This document shows, in pieces, positions 9,848 through 19,430 of a stretch of DNA of 64,000 nt. The DNA is from an uncultured Gammaproteobacteria bacterium. Its GTDB lineage: Bacteria > Patescibacteriota > Microgenomatia > UBA8517. A program made the position numbers and the translations under genes. Below the pieces are notes generated by a model. That model saw nothing but the letters and a program-made list of their open reading frames with translations, had not been told where the DNA came from and made no database searches. Position 1 is the stretch's first letter; each line of letters opens with the position of its first letter. The stretch covers positions 666,756 to 730,755 of the forward strand of contig CAYRUS010000001.1 of the NCBI GenBank assembly GCA_964427735.1, read 5' to 3'.

Positions 9848-12184
9848 ATGCCTATCGAAAGTGGAATTGATATAAATTTAATAATTTTGTTGCTGCTGGT
9901 ACTGGGATTGCTAATCCTGGTGCTTGTTGTAATTGGTGTTGTTTTGTTTACACTGTTTCGTTGGAGAGGAAGAGAGGAGCGTTCTATTGATTCAGTACTG
10001 CTTCAAATTGCTGTTCCTAAAACAAATGAAATAAAAATTGATGCAATGGAACAAATGTTTGCTTCCCTTTACTCTATCAAAAAGGGTGGATGGAAACAAA
10101 GATTTAGTGTTCAGCCAACAATAAGTTTCGAAATAGTTGCCAGAAAAGAAGATATCCGCTTTTATGTATGGACCCCAAAAAAACTTCAGGATTTAATAGA
10201 AAAACAAATTCATGGTGCTTATCCCGATGCGGAAATTTCTATGATCGATGAATACAATGTTTTCACTCAGGATGGAAAAGTGGCTTATAAATCATTGCAA
10301 TTAAGGAAACCTAACTTTTATCCGATGAAAGTTTTCAGAGAGTTACCTACAGATCCTCTTGCTGCTATCACTTCTGCACTAGCCAAAATGGGTGAAGGAG
10401 AAGCAGCAGTTTTGCAAATATTAATCTCTCCTGCTGAAAGTGATTGGCAAAAAGAAGGTAGAAGCTTCATCTCTGGAACAAAGAAAGATGAATCAAATCC
10501 AGAAAAAGCTAGTTACAAAGTACCTGCAAAAACATTGGAAGCTGTGGAGAACAAAATATCAAAACCTGGTTTTGAAACAAGCATTCGAATTGTTACTGTT
10601 GCTCCTACAAAAGATGCAGCAAGTGCACATTTGTCGAATATCTCTAGTGCTTTTGAGCAATTCTCAGGAGATTTAAATGGGTTGGGGTCAAGAAAAATAA
10701 GAAGAAAAGGTGCTTTCATGGAAGATTTTATTTATCGGTACCAGCCAATGTTCCATTTTTGGAAAAACAAAAAAACCATATTAAATTCTGAAGAATTAGC
10801 TACAATATTTCATTTTCCCAATAGGCAAATCACAACGCCTCATATTTTCTGGCTATATGCGAAGACTGCACCAGCACCAGCTGAAATACCCTCAGAAGGA
10901 CTATATATAGGTATGAGTAGATTCAGAGGTGCTCAAAAACCTGTTTATATAAGTCGCGATGATAGAAGAAGACACGTATACATAATAGGAAAAACAGGTA
11001 CAGGAAAATCAGAACTCCTTAAAGATATGATATTGCAGGATATTTATAACGGTGAGGGAGTTTGTTTTATGGATCCTCACGGTGAAGCCGTAAAGGATTT
11101 ATTGGAAATGATACCTCCGGAACGTGCAGAGGATGTGATTTATTTCAATCCTGCAGATTCCGAGCGTCCTATGGGACTTAATCTTCTAGAAGCTCAAACT
11201 GAAGAGCAGAAGCATTTTGCAGCAACAGCTGTAATAAACATGATGTACAAACTTTTTGATCCGCACAAGACAGGTATTGTAGGTCCTCGTTTCGAACACG
11301 CTGTTAGGAATGCAATGTTAACAGTAATGGCTGAACCAGGGAGTACATTTGTAGAACTTATGAGAGTCTTACAAGATCCGCGTTTTGTTCAAGAGTTATT
11401 GCCGAAGGTAGATGATCCTATTGTCAGGCGTTACTGGACTGATCAAATTGCGCAGACATCAGACTTTCATAAGTCAGAGGTTCTAGATTACATTACCTCT
11501 AAATTTGGTCGCTTTGTTACAAATAAAGTTATCAGAAACATAATTGGACAGTCACAGTCGTCATTTTCTTTCAGGGAAGTTATGGATAACAGAAAAATAT
11601 TGTTTGTTAACCTTTCCAAAGGAGAATTAGGTGAAGAGAACTCAAACTTTTTAGGGTTGATTTTGGTACCCAGAATATTAATGGCAGCACTTTCAAGAGA
11701 GGATATGCCAAAAGAGCAAAGGCAAGACTTTTATCTTTACGTAGACGAGTTTCAGAATTTTGCCACTCCTGATTTTTCACAAATATTATCTGAAGCCCGA
11801 AAGTATAAATTAAGCTTAACAGTAGCTAACCAGTTTATCGGACAAGTTGATGAGGAAGTTAAGAATGCAATTTTTGGAAATGTAGGGTCAATAATGACAT
11901 TTAGAGTTGGCGTTACAGATGCAAATTATTTAGCACATGAGTTTAAGCCTGTATTTACAGAAGAAGACTTATTAAATATCGATAAGTTTAATATTTATAT
12001 GAAGACAATTGTTGGTAATGAACCTGTTCCACCTTTTTCTGTTGATTTAACTAAAGACATGAGTAAACAAGAATCTTTGTCCAATAAACGTGTAGCTGAG
12101 ATAATCAAAGAGATGAGTAGACTTAAGTATGGACGAGATAAAAGATTGGTAGAAACCGAGCTATCAAGAAGAGCAAAACTTTAA
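9848..12184 (+). CDS. Membrane-anchored P-loop ATPase of the HerA/FtsK/VirD4 (type IV coupling protein-like) superfamily
   Basis: Two N-terminal TM helices; Walker A YIIGKTGTGKSE; DPHGE motif (CFMDPHGEAV) resembling the VirD4/TraG DPKGE motif; Walker B LYVDEFQNF; 778 aa. Confidence 0.6.
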   Translation: MPIESGIDINLIILLLLVLGLLILVLVVIGVVLFTLFRWRGREERSIDSVLLQIAVPKTNEIKIDAMEQMFASLYSIKKGGWKQRFSVQPTISFEIVARKEDIRFYVWTPKKLQDLIEKQIHGAYPDAEISMIDEYNVFTQDGKVAYKSLQLRKPNFYPMKVFRELPTDPLAAITSALAKMGEGEAAVLQILISPAESDWQKEGRSFISGTKKDESNPEKASYKVPAKTLEAVENKISKPGFETSIRIVTVAPTKDAASAHLSNISSAFEQFSGDLNGLGSRKIRRKGAFMEDFIYRYQPMFHFWKNKKTILNSEELATIFHFPNRQITTPHIFWLYAKTAPAPAEIPSEGLYIGMSRFRGAQKPVYISRDDRRRHVYIIGKTGTGKSELLKDMILQDIYNGEGVCFMDPHGEAVKDLLEMIPPERAEDVIYFNPADSERPMGLNLLEAQTEEQKHFAATAVINMMYKLFDPHKTGIVGPRFEHAVRNAMLTVMAEPGSTFVELMRVLQDPRFVQELLPKVDDPIVRRYWTDQIAQTSDFHKSEVLDYITSKFGRFVTNKVIRNIIGQSQSSFSFREVMDNRKILFVNLSKGELGEENSNFLGLILVPRILMAALSREDMPKEQRQDFYLYVDEFQNFATPDFSQILSEARKYKLSLTVANQFIGQVDEEVKNAIFGNVGSIMTFRVGVTDANYLAHEFKPVFTEEDLLNIDKFNIYMKTIVGNEPVPPFSVDLTKDMSKQESLSNKRVAEIIKEMSRLKYGRDKRLVETELSRRAKL

Positions 12185-12219
12185 ATTGAATAATTTAGGT
12201 GATATAATTTAGCCTTAAA

Positions 12220-12292
12220 GGGCCGGTAACTCAGTGGTTAGAGTGCCAATCTTATAAGTTGGAAGTCGATGGTTCGAATCCATCCCGGCCCA
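12220..12292 (+). tRNA. tRNA-Ile, anticodon UAU (reads AUA)
   Basis: Hand-folded cloverleaf: acceptor GGGCCGG/CCGGCCC, D stem ACTC/GAGT, anticodon stem CCAAT/GTTGG with loop CTTATAA (TAT at 34-36), T stem GATGG/CCATC, discriminator A. 73 nt. Confidence 0.7.
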
Positions 12293-12376
12293 CTCAAATA
12301 CTTTTTAATTTACATTAATAAGTCGTGTAGGTGGCAACTAGTGACAGGAGAATATAGATAAGTACTTTGCTGAAAC

Positions 12377-13003
12377 TTAACCATCACTTTCAAGTAGTCC
12401 TACTAAATCTTTGTGAACTTTTCCATTGGAAATAACTGCACCATTTATATCGCCATCATATCGCTGTTCATTTCAAAACAAGTAAGTCACTTTTCCTCCA
12501 GCCTCTTCAACGATAACTTTAACTGAGACCATATCCACTGCCTTTCCCTTCGTACCAGCAAAAACACAAGTATCATATTGTCCAGATGCCACTAAACAAT
12601 AAGCATTGATAACACAACCAAGATGAAGAACATAGCAATTTGATTTCATGGAAAGATTATGCAAAGGCGGATCAATGTCGTACTTTGCTTCTGACCACCA
12701 TTCAAAGTTAATAACAGAATGTCTAGTCAATGTGTTTTTACTTTTAATGGTTGGTCATTGAGGAAGGCTCTTTCGCCTTTTATTGCTGTATAAAGTCGCT
12801 TCGTAAAAGGGTCATAAACTACTCCGAGAAGAGGTTGACCATCTTTCTTCTTTAATTACCAACTCATTTATCTCCTCGTCTGCAGTGGTAACAATTGTTA
12901 AGGTTTCCTTCTCTCTATACTGCGTTTCGGTATGAAAGTGATTGAGCATGATTCATCCTGCCCGCAGTGCAACTTCTTTTGCAAAATTAAGATCATCATT
13001 CAT
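12377..13003 (-). pseudogene. Inositol monophosphatase (SuhB/IMPase) family pseudogene: in-frame stop and frameshifts plus internal deletion of the metal-binding core
   Basis: Minus-strand fragments in different frames: MNDDLNFAKEVALRAG*, EIMLNHFHTETQYREKETLTIVTTADEEINELVIKEE, KDGQPLLGVVYDPFTKRLYTAIKGERAFLNDQPLKVKT*, ...DTCVFAGTKGKAVDMVSVKVIVEEAGGKVT, ...NGKVHKDLVGLLESDG*. These are collinear with IMPase family motifs (WD.AAG..IV.EAGG). The segment between the N-terminal and 'DGQPLLGVVY' regions, which should carry the DPIDGT metal site, is missing. Confidence 0.6.
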
Positions 13004-13073
13004 GTTGTTGCCATTATATCAGGAGTTGCGTATTTCAGTGTGCAGTTATAGAAGTGAATTATAAATTGGCAGG

Positions 13074-13937
13074 TTACAATTCCGCAAGTTCTTGTTTTTT
13101 CCCTGGTTCCTTGACCTCAGCTAGTTCAAGATATCTTTCCGTAGTTGAAAGTCTCTTGTGTCCAACAATTTGAGAAAGAAGAACTAAATCAACTCCGGCT
13201 TTAAGATTTTCAACAACAAATGTTGTTCTCAAATCATTCACTGAGTAATTAGGAATCCCTGCCTTTTCCATGTATCGATCGATTGCAGCACGTATATTTC
13301 TTACTGCTAGAGGTCTTCCGTTTTTACTTACAAACAAGAATGGAGAATCAGTTTCTGGTCGTACTTTAAGGTAATTTTCTATAGCTTCTCGAGCAGGTTT
13401 ATTTAAAGGAACTTCTCTTTTGGGTTGAGTTGCATAAGCTTCAATAGTAAGCTTGTCTCCCTTGATGTTTTCTCGTTTTAGGTTTGCTACTTCACTAATT
13501 CGCATACCTGTTTGCAAAATTAGTTCGACAATTGCGGCCACTCTGTGGTCATCTCGAACTACATCTCTTAAAGCACGGTATTCAAGAGGAGAAAGAAACT
13601 TAGGTAAAGAAGGCTCAATTTTTGGATGGGCAACAGTGTCTGAAGGATCCCTACTCAAAAATCCTTCTCGTACTAAGTATCTGAAAAAAGTTTTTACAGC
13701 ATTTAACTTTCTGGAAACAGATTTTGGTGTGTATTTTTGAGTAAGCAATTCGTCTCTAAATGCTGCAATATTGTCTTCTGTGACATTATTTGCCACCACG
13801 ACATTCTTGCCCTGTAGAAAGTTAATTAGCTGTTCTATATCCGCCTTGTAAGCTAGTATTGTAGACGGGGAACGACCTTTATTTTCTAGGTTGTCTATAA
13901 ATTTAGGTAATAATTCTTTTACTGTTTCGTCAGCCAT
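13074..13937 (-). CDS. Tyrosine site-specific recombinase, XerC/XerD-like
   Basis: 287 aa. N-terminal core-binding domain, C-terminal catalytic region with R...HxxR...Y (GHKRLSTTERYLEL). Confidence 0.75.
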   Translation of the reverse strand: MADETVKELLPKFIDNLENKGRSPSTILAYKADIEQLINFLQGKNVVVANNVTEDNIAAFRDELLTQKYTPKSVSRKLNAVKTFFRYLVREGFLSRDPSDTVAHPKIEPSLPKFLSPLEYRALRDVVRDDHRVAAIVELILQTGMRISEVANLKRENIKGDKLTIEAYATQPKREVPLNKPAREAIENYLKVRPETDSPFLFVSKNGRPLAVRNIRAAIDRYMEKAGIPNYSVNDLRTTFVVENLKAGVDLVLLSQIVGHKRLSTTERYLELAEVKEPGKKQELAEL

Positions 13938-14083
13938 GTAAACTGTTATTTAGCTTTTAGAAGTTTTATTTCTAAAATGTAATTGTTGATAGTATAAAAC
14001 TATATTCTTAGTAGTATAATAACATAATCTCAGTATACGTCAATATATTATAAGTCAATTTTCGTCAGAAAAATGTAAGTAAA

Positions 14084-14464
14084 ATGTATGAAGGCATAAA
14101 ACAGGTTTTTGAAAGATATGCAAAGTATTCCATATTTTTGCTTTTAGCAGTACTGCTAGCATCACTTTTTAATAATGTTAAGAAAGTAAAAGAAGCAAAA
14201 GATAGGGTAGAGTTAGTAAAAGATAGAGTTGAACAGCTGAGAAAAGAGAATGATGAGTTAAAAAAGAATTTGGAAAAAGTTCAGAGCCAAGAGTTTTTGG
14301 ATACACAACTAAGAGATGAACTAGGGTATGTTAAAGAGGGCGAAATAGTTGTAGTTCTTCCGGAGGATACAGAATTTTTGAAAAATCTTGCCCCAGAAGT
14401 TAAAAATACACAAACAGTAATGCCTGATCCAAATTGGAAGAAGTGGTTAAAACTGTTTATCTGA
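14084..14464 (+). CDS. Septum formation initiator family protein (FtsB/DivIC-like)
   Basis: N-terminal TM, coiled-coil (VEQLRKENDELKKNLEK), LRDELGYVKEGEIVVV motif typical of FtsB/DivIC. Confidence 0.6.
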   Translation: MYEGIKQVFERYAKYSIFLLLAVLLASLFNNVKKVKEAKDRVELVKDRVEQLRKENDELKKNLEKVQSQEFLDTQLRDELGYVKEGEIVVVLPEDTEFLKNLAPEVKNTQTVMPDPNWKKWLKLFI

Positions 14465-14470
14465 ACTGTG

Positions 14471-14540
14471 TTGCGGGGCTAGGAGTCGAACCTAGTCTGG
14501 AAGATTATGAGCCTTCCGTGCAGCCGTACACTACCCCGCA
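14471..14540 (-). tRNA. tRNA with anticodon CAU (Met elongator / initiator / Ile-lysidine not distinguishable by eye); short D arm
   Basis: Minus-strand sequence TGCGGGGTAGTGTACGGCTGCACGGAAGGCTCATAATCTTCCAGACTAGGTTCGACTCCTAGCCCCGCAA. Acceptor TGCGGGG/CCCCGCA, anticodon loop CTCATAA identical to the E. coli initiator loop, T stem CTAGG/CCTAG. Confidence 0.6.
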
Positions 14541-14570
14541 TGTCATAAAACAAAAACTATTGTTTAAAAA

Positions 14571-14590
14571 AGCCTCAATTTGAGGCTGTT
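14571..14590. terminator. Bidirectional intrinsic-terminator-like hairpin (AGCCTCA-ATT-TGAGGCT) flanked by A-run upstream and T-rich run downstream
   Basis: Perfect 7-bp stem. AAAAAA on the 5' side and GTTTATATT on the 3' side give a U-run on either strand. Lies between divergent tRNAs and downstream of ftsB-like. Confidence 0.35.
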
Positions 14591-14680
14591 TATATTATAC
14601 CAGAGATTATGTATGCTTCAAGAAGGGTTATTCCGAGAGACCTTTCTTATGTTGGGGAATTTTGGTAGAATAAGCCTGCT

Positions 14681-14754
14681 GCCAGCGTAGCTCAGTTGGT
14701 TAGAGCGTGGGATTCATAAACCCAAGGTCGGAGGTTCGATCCCTCCCGCTGGCA
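14681..14754 (+). tRNA. tRNA with anticodon CAU (Met/fMet/Ile2 ambiguous); G1:C72 paired, GGG/CCC in anticodon stem with A31-A39 mismatch
   Basis: GCCAGCG-TA-GCTC-AGTTGGTTA-GAGC-G-TGGGA-TTCATAA-ACCCA-AGGTC-GGAGG-TTCGATC-CCTCC-CGCTGGC-A. 74 nt. Confidence 0.65.
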
Positions 14755-14885
14755 CATATTGTATTTGCTAATTAAAAATGTCTAACTTATAATATGCACA
14801 CATGATAACAGTTGCAAACTGGCATTACTTGAAATTCTCCTAACGGGGGCTAGTTTCCAGTGGCCAAAAGGCAATTTTTAACAGA

Positions 14886-14905
14886 CCTCCGAAAGGAGGT
14901 TTTTT
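14886..14905 (+). terminator. Hairpin CCTCC-GAAA-GGAGG followed by TTTTTT; stem doubles as the GGAGG Shine-Dalgarno 12 nt upstream of the next ATG
   Basis: Read directly: GACCTCCGAAAGGAGGTTTTTTAATTGTTATG. Could terminate the upstream tRNA transcript and/or sequester the RBS of the racemase gene. Confidence 0.4.
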
Positions 14906-14912
14906 AATTGTT

Positions 14913-15614
14913 ATGAGAAACAAAAAAACAATCGGAATAATAGGCGGTATGGGTCCTTTTGCTTCATGCCGGATGGTTGACATGGTGCTGAAGGTGTCTC
15001 GTGATATGTGTGGTGCAAAAAAAGACGAAGATTTTCCGGAAATCTTGCTAATCTCCATTCCTGTTAAAAATTTCTATTTAAATACTAGTAACTCGATACA
15101 GGTGCTGAATGAAATCAATTCAAAAGTAAAGATATTTAAAGAAGGAAAAGTTGAAGTATTCGGAATTGCCTGCAATATTGCACACTTAATTGCTGACAAA
15201 ATTAATATACCAGATGGTGTTGAATTTGTATCAATTATTAATGCTACGGTAAATGAGGTAGAAAGTATTAGTATTAAGAAAGTCGGCTTACTGGCTTCTC
15301 CTGTGACAATTGAATCTCGACTATATCAGGATGCGTTGGAGAAAAAAGGCATTAAGGTAATACTTCCAAACAGACAACAGATTAGTAAGTTAGGGAAAAT
15401 AATCGAGGAATTAGTATCCTTACGAAACGAAAAGAAGAACAGACAGTTGTTAAAAGAAATATCAGAATTTTTAGTTGCAAATGGTGCAGAAGCAATTATT
15501 TTAGGTTGTACAGAATTACCACTGGCTTTTCCTAACAAAAACAGTTTTCCTGTAATCAATACGATAGAAGTTTTAGCAAATAAATTAACCGAAAAATGTT
15601 ATATTAGTAACTAA
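14913..15614 (+). CDS. Aspartate/glutamate/hydantoin racemase family protein (Asp racemase-like)
   Basis: TIGIIGGMGPFAS N-terminal motif and GCTELPL second-half motif characteristic of Asp/Glu racemase superfamily; 233 aa. Confidence 0.6.
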   Translation: MRNKKTIGIIGGMGPFASCRMVDMVLKVSRDMCGAKKDEDFPEILLISIPVKNFYLNTSNSIQVLNEINSKVKIFKEGKVEVFGIACNIAHLIADKINIPDGVEFVSIINATVNEVESISIKKVGLLASPVTIESRLYQDALEKKGIKVILPNRQQISKLGKIIEELVSLRNEKKNRQLLKEISEFLVANGAEAIILGCTELPLAFPNKNSFPVINTIEVLANKLTEKCYISN

Positions 15615-15615
15615 G

Positions 15616-16641
15616 ATGGTAAAAAGAGTATTAGCTGGTATGCGTCCCTCGAACGCGTTGCATATTGGCAATTATTTAGGGGCAGCAAAAGGGATGATTG
15701 CACTACAAGATGGTCCTGACTACGAGACTTTCTATATGGTTGCAGATTTACATGCAATTACAACACCATATGACAATAGTAAGCTTAGTGAAGCTGTCCA
15801 AAATGTAGTTTTAGATTATCTTGCTGCAGGACTTAATCCTGAAAAATCTACAATATTTATCCAATCACATGTTCCTGAACATACTGAACTAGCTTATCTG
15901 CTTTCCACTAGTATGACTGTAGCAAGAATGCAACATCTTCCAACATTCAAAGAAAAGGTTAAACAATTTCCTGATAACGTAACCATGGCATTGCTTAATT
16001 ATCCTGTGTTAATGTCAGCTGACATTTTGCTTTACAAAGCAGAGCTTGTTCCTGTCGGAATTGATCAAGAACCTCATTTGGAAATTGCAAGAGAGATTGC
16101 TAGAAAAATGAACAATGAATATAGTACTGATTTTCCTGAACCAAAAAGGTTTGCCACACAAGGTGAATATGTACCTTCACTTACAGGTGAAGGTAAGATG
16201 AGTAAGTCTGTGCCAGGAAGCTATATTGCTTTAACAGATGATTTGGAAACAATAAAAAAGAGACTTGCTGCTACTCCTACTGATTCTGGGAGTGGAGAAA
16301 TTAAAATAGATAAAAATGATAATAAAAAGTATATAGACAAATCAGGGAGTGAATCACCAGGAGTGGCAACTTTGATGACATTAGTAGAGTTATTTGAAGC
16401 AGAGGATAAAAGGAGTGAATATGAAGATGCATACCAGTCGACAGGAATAAGATACAAAGACCTAAAAGAAAAATTATCAGAGGCAATTTATGAGGAAATT
16501 AAACCAACCCAAGAGAGAAGAAAGGAACTGGAAAGGGATAAAGACTATATAGATAAAATTTTAAAAGAAGGAGCTGGAAAAGCAAGGGAAGTTGCCAAGC
16601 AAAACATACTTGAAGTTAAAGAAAAGATGGGACTCGGTTAA
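15616..16641 (+). CDS. trpS: Tryptophan--tRNA ligase
   Basis: RPSNALHIGNYLGA (HIGH-region variant typical of TrpRS), KMSKS motif, 341 aa. Confidence 0.85.
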   Translation: MVKRVLAGMRPSNALHIGNYLGAAKGMIALQDGPDYETFYMVADLHAITTPYDNSKLSEAVQNVVLDYLAAGLNPEKSTIFIQSHVPEHTELAYLLSTSMTVARMQHLPTFKEKVKQFPDNVTMALLNYPVLMSADILLYKAELVPVGIDQEPHLEIAREIARKMNNEYSTDFPEPKRFATQGEYVPSLTGEGKMSKSVPGSYIALTDDLETIKKRLAATPTDSGSGEIKIDKNDNKKYIDKSGSESPGVATLMTLVELFEAEDKRSEYEDAYQSTGIRYKDLKEKLSEAIYEEIKPTQERRKELERDKDYIDKILKEGAGKAREVAKQNILEVKEKMGLG

Positions 16642-16908
16642 TCTTTTAAATTACTCCAAATCTGATAAAACTGGTTTCGTTCAAAATCTGCAATTTCTTT
16701 GTGCTCGATTATTGTCCCATTTAAGGTGTCATAAGAAATAATTGCAACGGAATTGTTAAAAACTAGTTTATCAATATAGTTTATTTCTAAAAAGTGATGG
16801 TTTAGTTGTACAACACGAATCGGCTAAAAGCGGAAATTACAAAGAGGTAGTCTGCATGTTATCTTCTTCATCTTTACTATGTCAAGTGTATTATGTTATA
16901 AAAGGCAC

Positions 16909-17250
16909 ATGCAAAATATAAATTTTGATGATTTTGCGAAAATTGACATACGTGTCGGGGAAGTTATTGATGCGGAGGACGTAGAGGGAAGTGATAAGCT
17001 TATTAAGCAAACAGTTGATTTTGGAGAGTTGGGAAAAAGAACAATTCTGTCTGGAATAAAAAAATGGTATAAGCCAAATGACCTTATAGGTAAAAAACTT
17101 CTTTATGTAACTAATTTAGAACCAAAGGAAATGTTTGGTTTCCAGTCTCAAGGAATGCTTTTGGCAGGAATAAAAGAGGATCAAGAAGAAAAAGAAGCAG
17201 TGCTAATACACGCTGATAACAGTTTGGAAATAGGAGCGAAAGTTGTATAA
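16909..17250 (+). CDS. tRNA-binding domain protein (CsaA/Trbp111/EMAP-like OB fold)
   Basis: FAKIDIRVGEVIDAE...KL...VDFGE motif typical of the MetRS-C-terminal-like tRNA-binding domain. ORF track start is 16879; an internal Met at 16909 is the more likely start. Confidence 0.55.
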   Translation: MQNINFDDFAKIDIRVGEVIDAEDVEGSDKLIKQTVDFGELGKRTILSGIKKWYKPNDLIGKKLLYVTNLEPKEMFGFQSQGMLLAGIKEDQEEKEAVLIHADNSLEIGAKVV

Positions 17251-17332
17251 AAATTGAATTAGCACTTGGCTGTCTTATTTGCTAAACTGATTACTAGTGA
17301 TATAATGCTTGCGTATTGAAAAAAACTAACAA

Positions 17333-19216
17333 ATGGATCCCATCAAAAACATCAAAAATTTAAAACAAAAAGACAAAAAGGGAAAAAATAAATTCAAATT
17401 TAAATTCAAAATCAATCTCTGGACAGTGGTAATTATTGGTTTGATGATTCTTTTTTTTATGCCTTTTATCTTCAGTTTAGGCAATTTTTCTCAAAGTGAT
17501 AATAAGATAGAGATTTCTCAACTGCTTACAGACATTAGAGAAGGTAGAGTAGAGAGCGTTGAGATTCAAAACGAAAGAGTGATAGCAAAATTTGAAAATG
17601 GTGAAGAAAAAACTGCAATTAAAGAACAGAGTGAAAGTTTTGCAGATCTTCTGGAAAAGTCAGGTCTGAATCCTGCTGATGTTAATTACACTGTAGTAGA
17701 TCAATCATTTGCCAGAGCTTTTGGAGATATAATTAGTATTCTTTTACCTCTTGGAATAATGGCTGCCTTTTTCTTCTTTATTATTCGGGCGCAAAGTAAA
17801 GGGGCTCAAGACATATTCTCTTTTGGAAGAAGTAAAGCAAAATTGTTTGCTAAAGGTAAGCAGGATGTAAATTTTGATGACGTGGCTGGTGTTGAGGATG
17901 CTAAAAAGGAGCTTGAGGAGGTTGTAGACTTTCTTAAAAACCCTGCAAAATACAGAAAAATTGGAGCTCGTACTCCAAAAGGTGTTCTATTGGTTGGTCC
18001 TGCCGGTGTTGGTAAAACTCTACTTGCTAGAGCTGTAGCAGGTGAGGCAAAAGTACCGTTTTTCTCTATGGCAGGAAGCGAGTTTATGGAGATGCTTGTT
18101 GGTGTTGGTGCAAGCCGTGTAAGAGATCTTTTTGCTAATGCAAAAGCAAGTGCTCCTTCGATAATTTTTATTGATGAAGTTGACGCAATTGGAAGACAAA
18201 GAGGAAGAGGGTTAGTAGGTGGCCATGATGAACGTGAGCAAACTCTTAATCAAATTTTGGTAGAGATGGATGGTTTTACCCCAAATGATAATGTAATTGT
18301 TATTGCTGCAACGAATAGAGGAGATTTGCTTGACCCTGCGCTCTTGCGACCTGGTAGGTTTGATAGGCGTGTGGTATTAGATATGCCAGATAAAGAAGGA
18401 AGAAAATCTATTCTTAAAATCCATGCTAGAGGAAAGAAATTTACAACCAAGATAGATTGGGATAGAGTAGCCAACCGTACAGTAGGATTCTCTGGTGCAG
18501 ACCTTGAGAATATGCTTAATGAGGCCGCCATACAAGCTGCTAGAGCAGGAAAAAAAGAAATTGAAATGAGTGATATAGAAGAAGCTGCAACAAAAGTGAA
18601 ATTAGGACCTGCTAAAAAGAGATTGATGAGCGAAGAGGACAAGAGAATTACAGCCTATCATGAAGCAGGACACGCAATTGTTACCCATATGTTACCCAAA
18701 ATGGATCCAGTACACCAAATTTCGATTGTGGCAAGAGGGATGAGTCTTGGTCATACTCTTATTCCTCCTGCTGCAGATAGACAGCACGAAACTAAAACAA
18801 GAATTCTTCAACAAATATCAGCAATGCTAGGAGGTAGAGCTGCAGAAGAAGTTGTTTTTGATGAAATGACATCAGGTGCTTCAAGTGATATAGAAAAGGC
18901 AACAAAACTGGCACGTGCTATGGTAATAGATTTTGGAATGAGTAAACTAGGTCCTATTGATTTTAATCCTGCTGATGAAGCCGGCAGTAATGGATATTCT
19001 TGGACAGAACAAGGCCAGGTCTCACAGGCTATGCAAGAAAAAATAGATGAAGAAGTTAGAAAAATAATTGAAGATGCGTACAAATTAGCAATTAATATTG
19101 TAAAAAAAGAACGAAAAGTTATGGACAAAGTTGCAGATAAGCTTTTAGAGGACGAAACTCTAGACCGTGAACAATTTGAAAAAATTGTTGGGAAAAAAAC
19201 TGAAGTAGAGAACTAA
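17333..19216 (+). CDS. ftsH: ATP-dependent zinc metalloprotease FtsH
   Basis: N-terminal TM region, AAA module (GPAGVGKT Walker A, DEVD Walker B, second region of homology), HEAGHA zinc-binding motif; 627 aa. Confidence 0.9.
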   Translation: MDPIKNIKNLKQKDKKGKNKFKFKFKINLWTVVIIGLMILFFMPFIFSLGNFSQSDNKIEISQLLTDIREGRVESVEIQNERVIAKFENGEEKTAIKEQSESFADLLEKSGLNPADVNYTVVDQSFARAFGDIISILLPLGIMAAFFFFIIRAQSKGAQDIFSFGRSKAKLFAKGKQDVNFDDVAGVEDAKKELEEVVDFLKNPAKYRKIGARTPKGVLLVGPAGVGKTLLARAVAGEAKVPFFSMAGSEFMEMLVGVGASRVRDLFANAKASAPSIIFIDEVDAIGRQRGRGLVGGHDEREQTLNQILVEMDGFTPNDNVIVIAATNRGDLLDPALLRPGRFDRRVVLDMPDKEGRKSILKIHARGKKFTTKIDWDRVANRTVGFSGADLENMLNEAAIQAARAGKKEIEMSDIEEAATKVKLGPAKKRLMSEEDKRITAYHEAGHAIVTHMLPKMDPVHQISIVARGMSLGHTLIPPAADRQHETKTRILQQISAMLGGRAAEEVVFDEMTSGASSDIEKATKLARAMVIDFGMSKLGPIDFNPADEAGSNGYSWTEQGQVSQAMQEKIDEEVRKIIEDAYKLAINIVKKERKVMDKVADKLLEDETLDREQFEKIVGKKTEVEN

Positions 19217-19430
19217 CTTCCAAGTTTTTGTTAATTAAGTGACCTTTGTTTAGTATGGGTGAATTTTCAGGAGAATTAAAAACCGCAAAAGATATTCTTC
19301 CAGAAAGAACTGCCACCGCAAGACTGTATCCTGTAGAGGACTATTAGAGAGCGAAAAAAATACTTGATAGCAGTAGTAATTCAAGTGAGAAATTTGGTGT
19401 TAAAGAATCATAATTTGATACAATACTTTT

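Noticed and set aside
13074-13937. Calling the XerC/D-like recombinase a phage or ICE integrase
   Set aside because: Sequence features fit chromosomal Xer as well as an integrase. Genes to its right are core (ftsB, tRNAs, trpS, ftsH). Left as ambiguous.
16221-16486. Two minus-strand ORFs within trpS
   Set aside because: Antisense to a confident trpS; biased composition typical of AT-rich antisense frames.
16642-16878. Minus-strand C-terminal-like fragment (…NGTIIEHKEIADFERNQFYQIWSNLKD*) without start codon between trpS and the tRNA-binding gene
   Set aside because: Short, no in-frame start, no recognisable family; may be a gene relic but evidence is too thin to annotate.
18250-19316. Minus-strand ORFs inside and just after ftsH (18250..18642, 18808..19128, 19119..19316)
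   Set aside because: Shadow ORFs antisense to a canonical ftsH; low-complexity Ser/Ile-rich translations.
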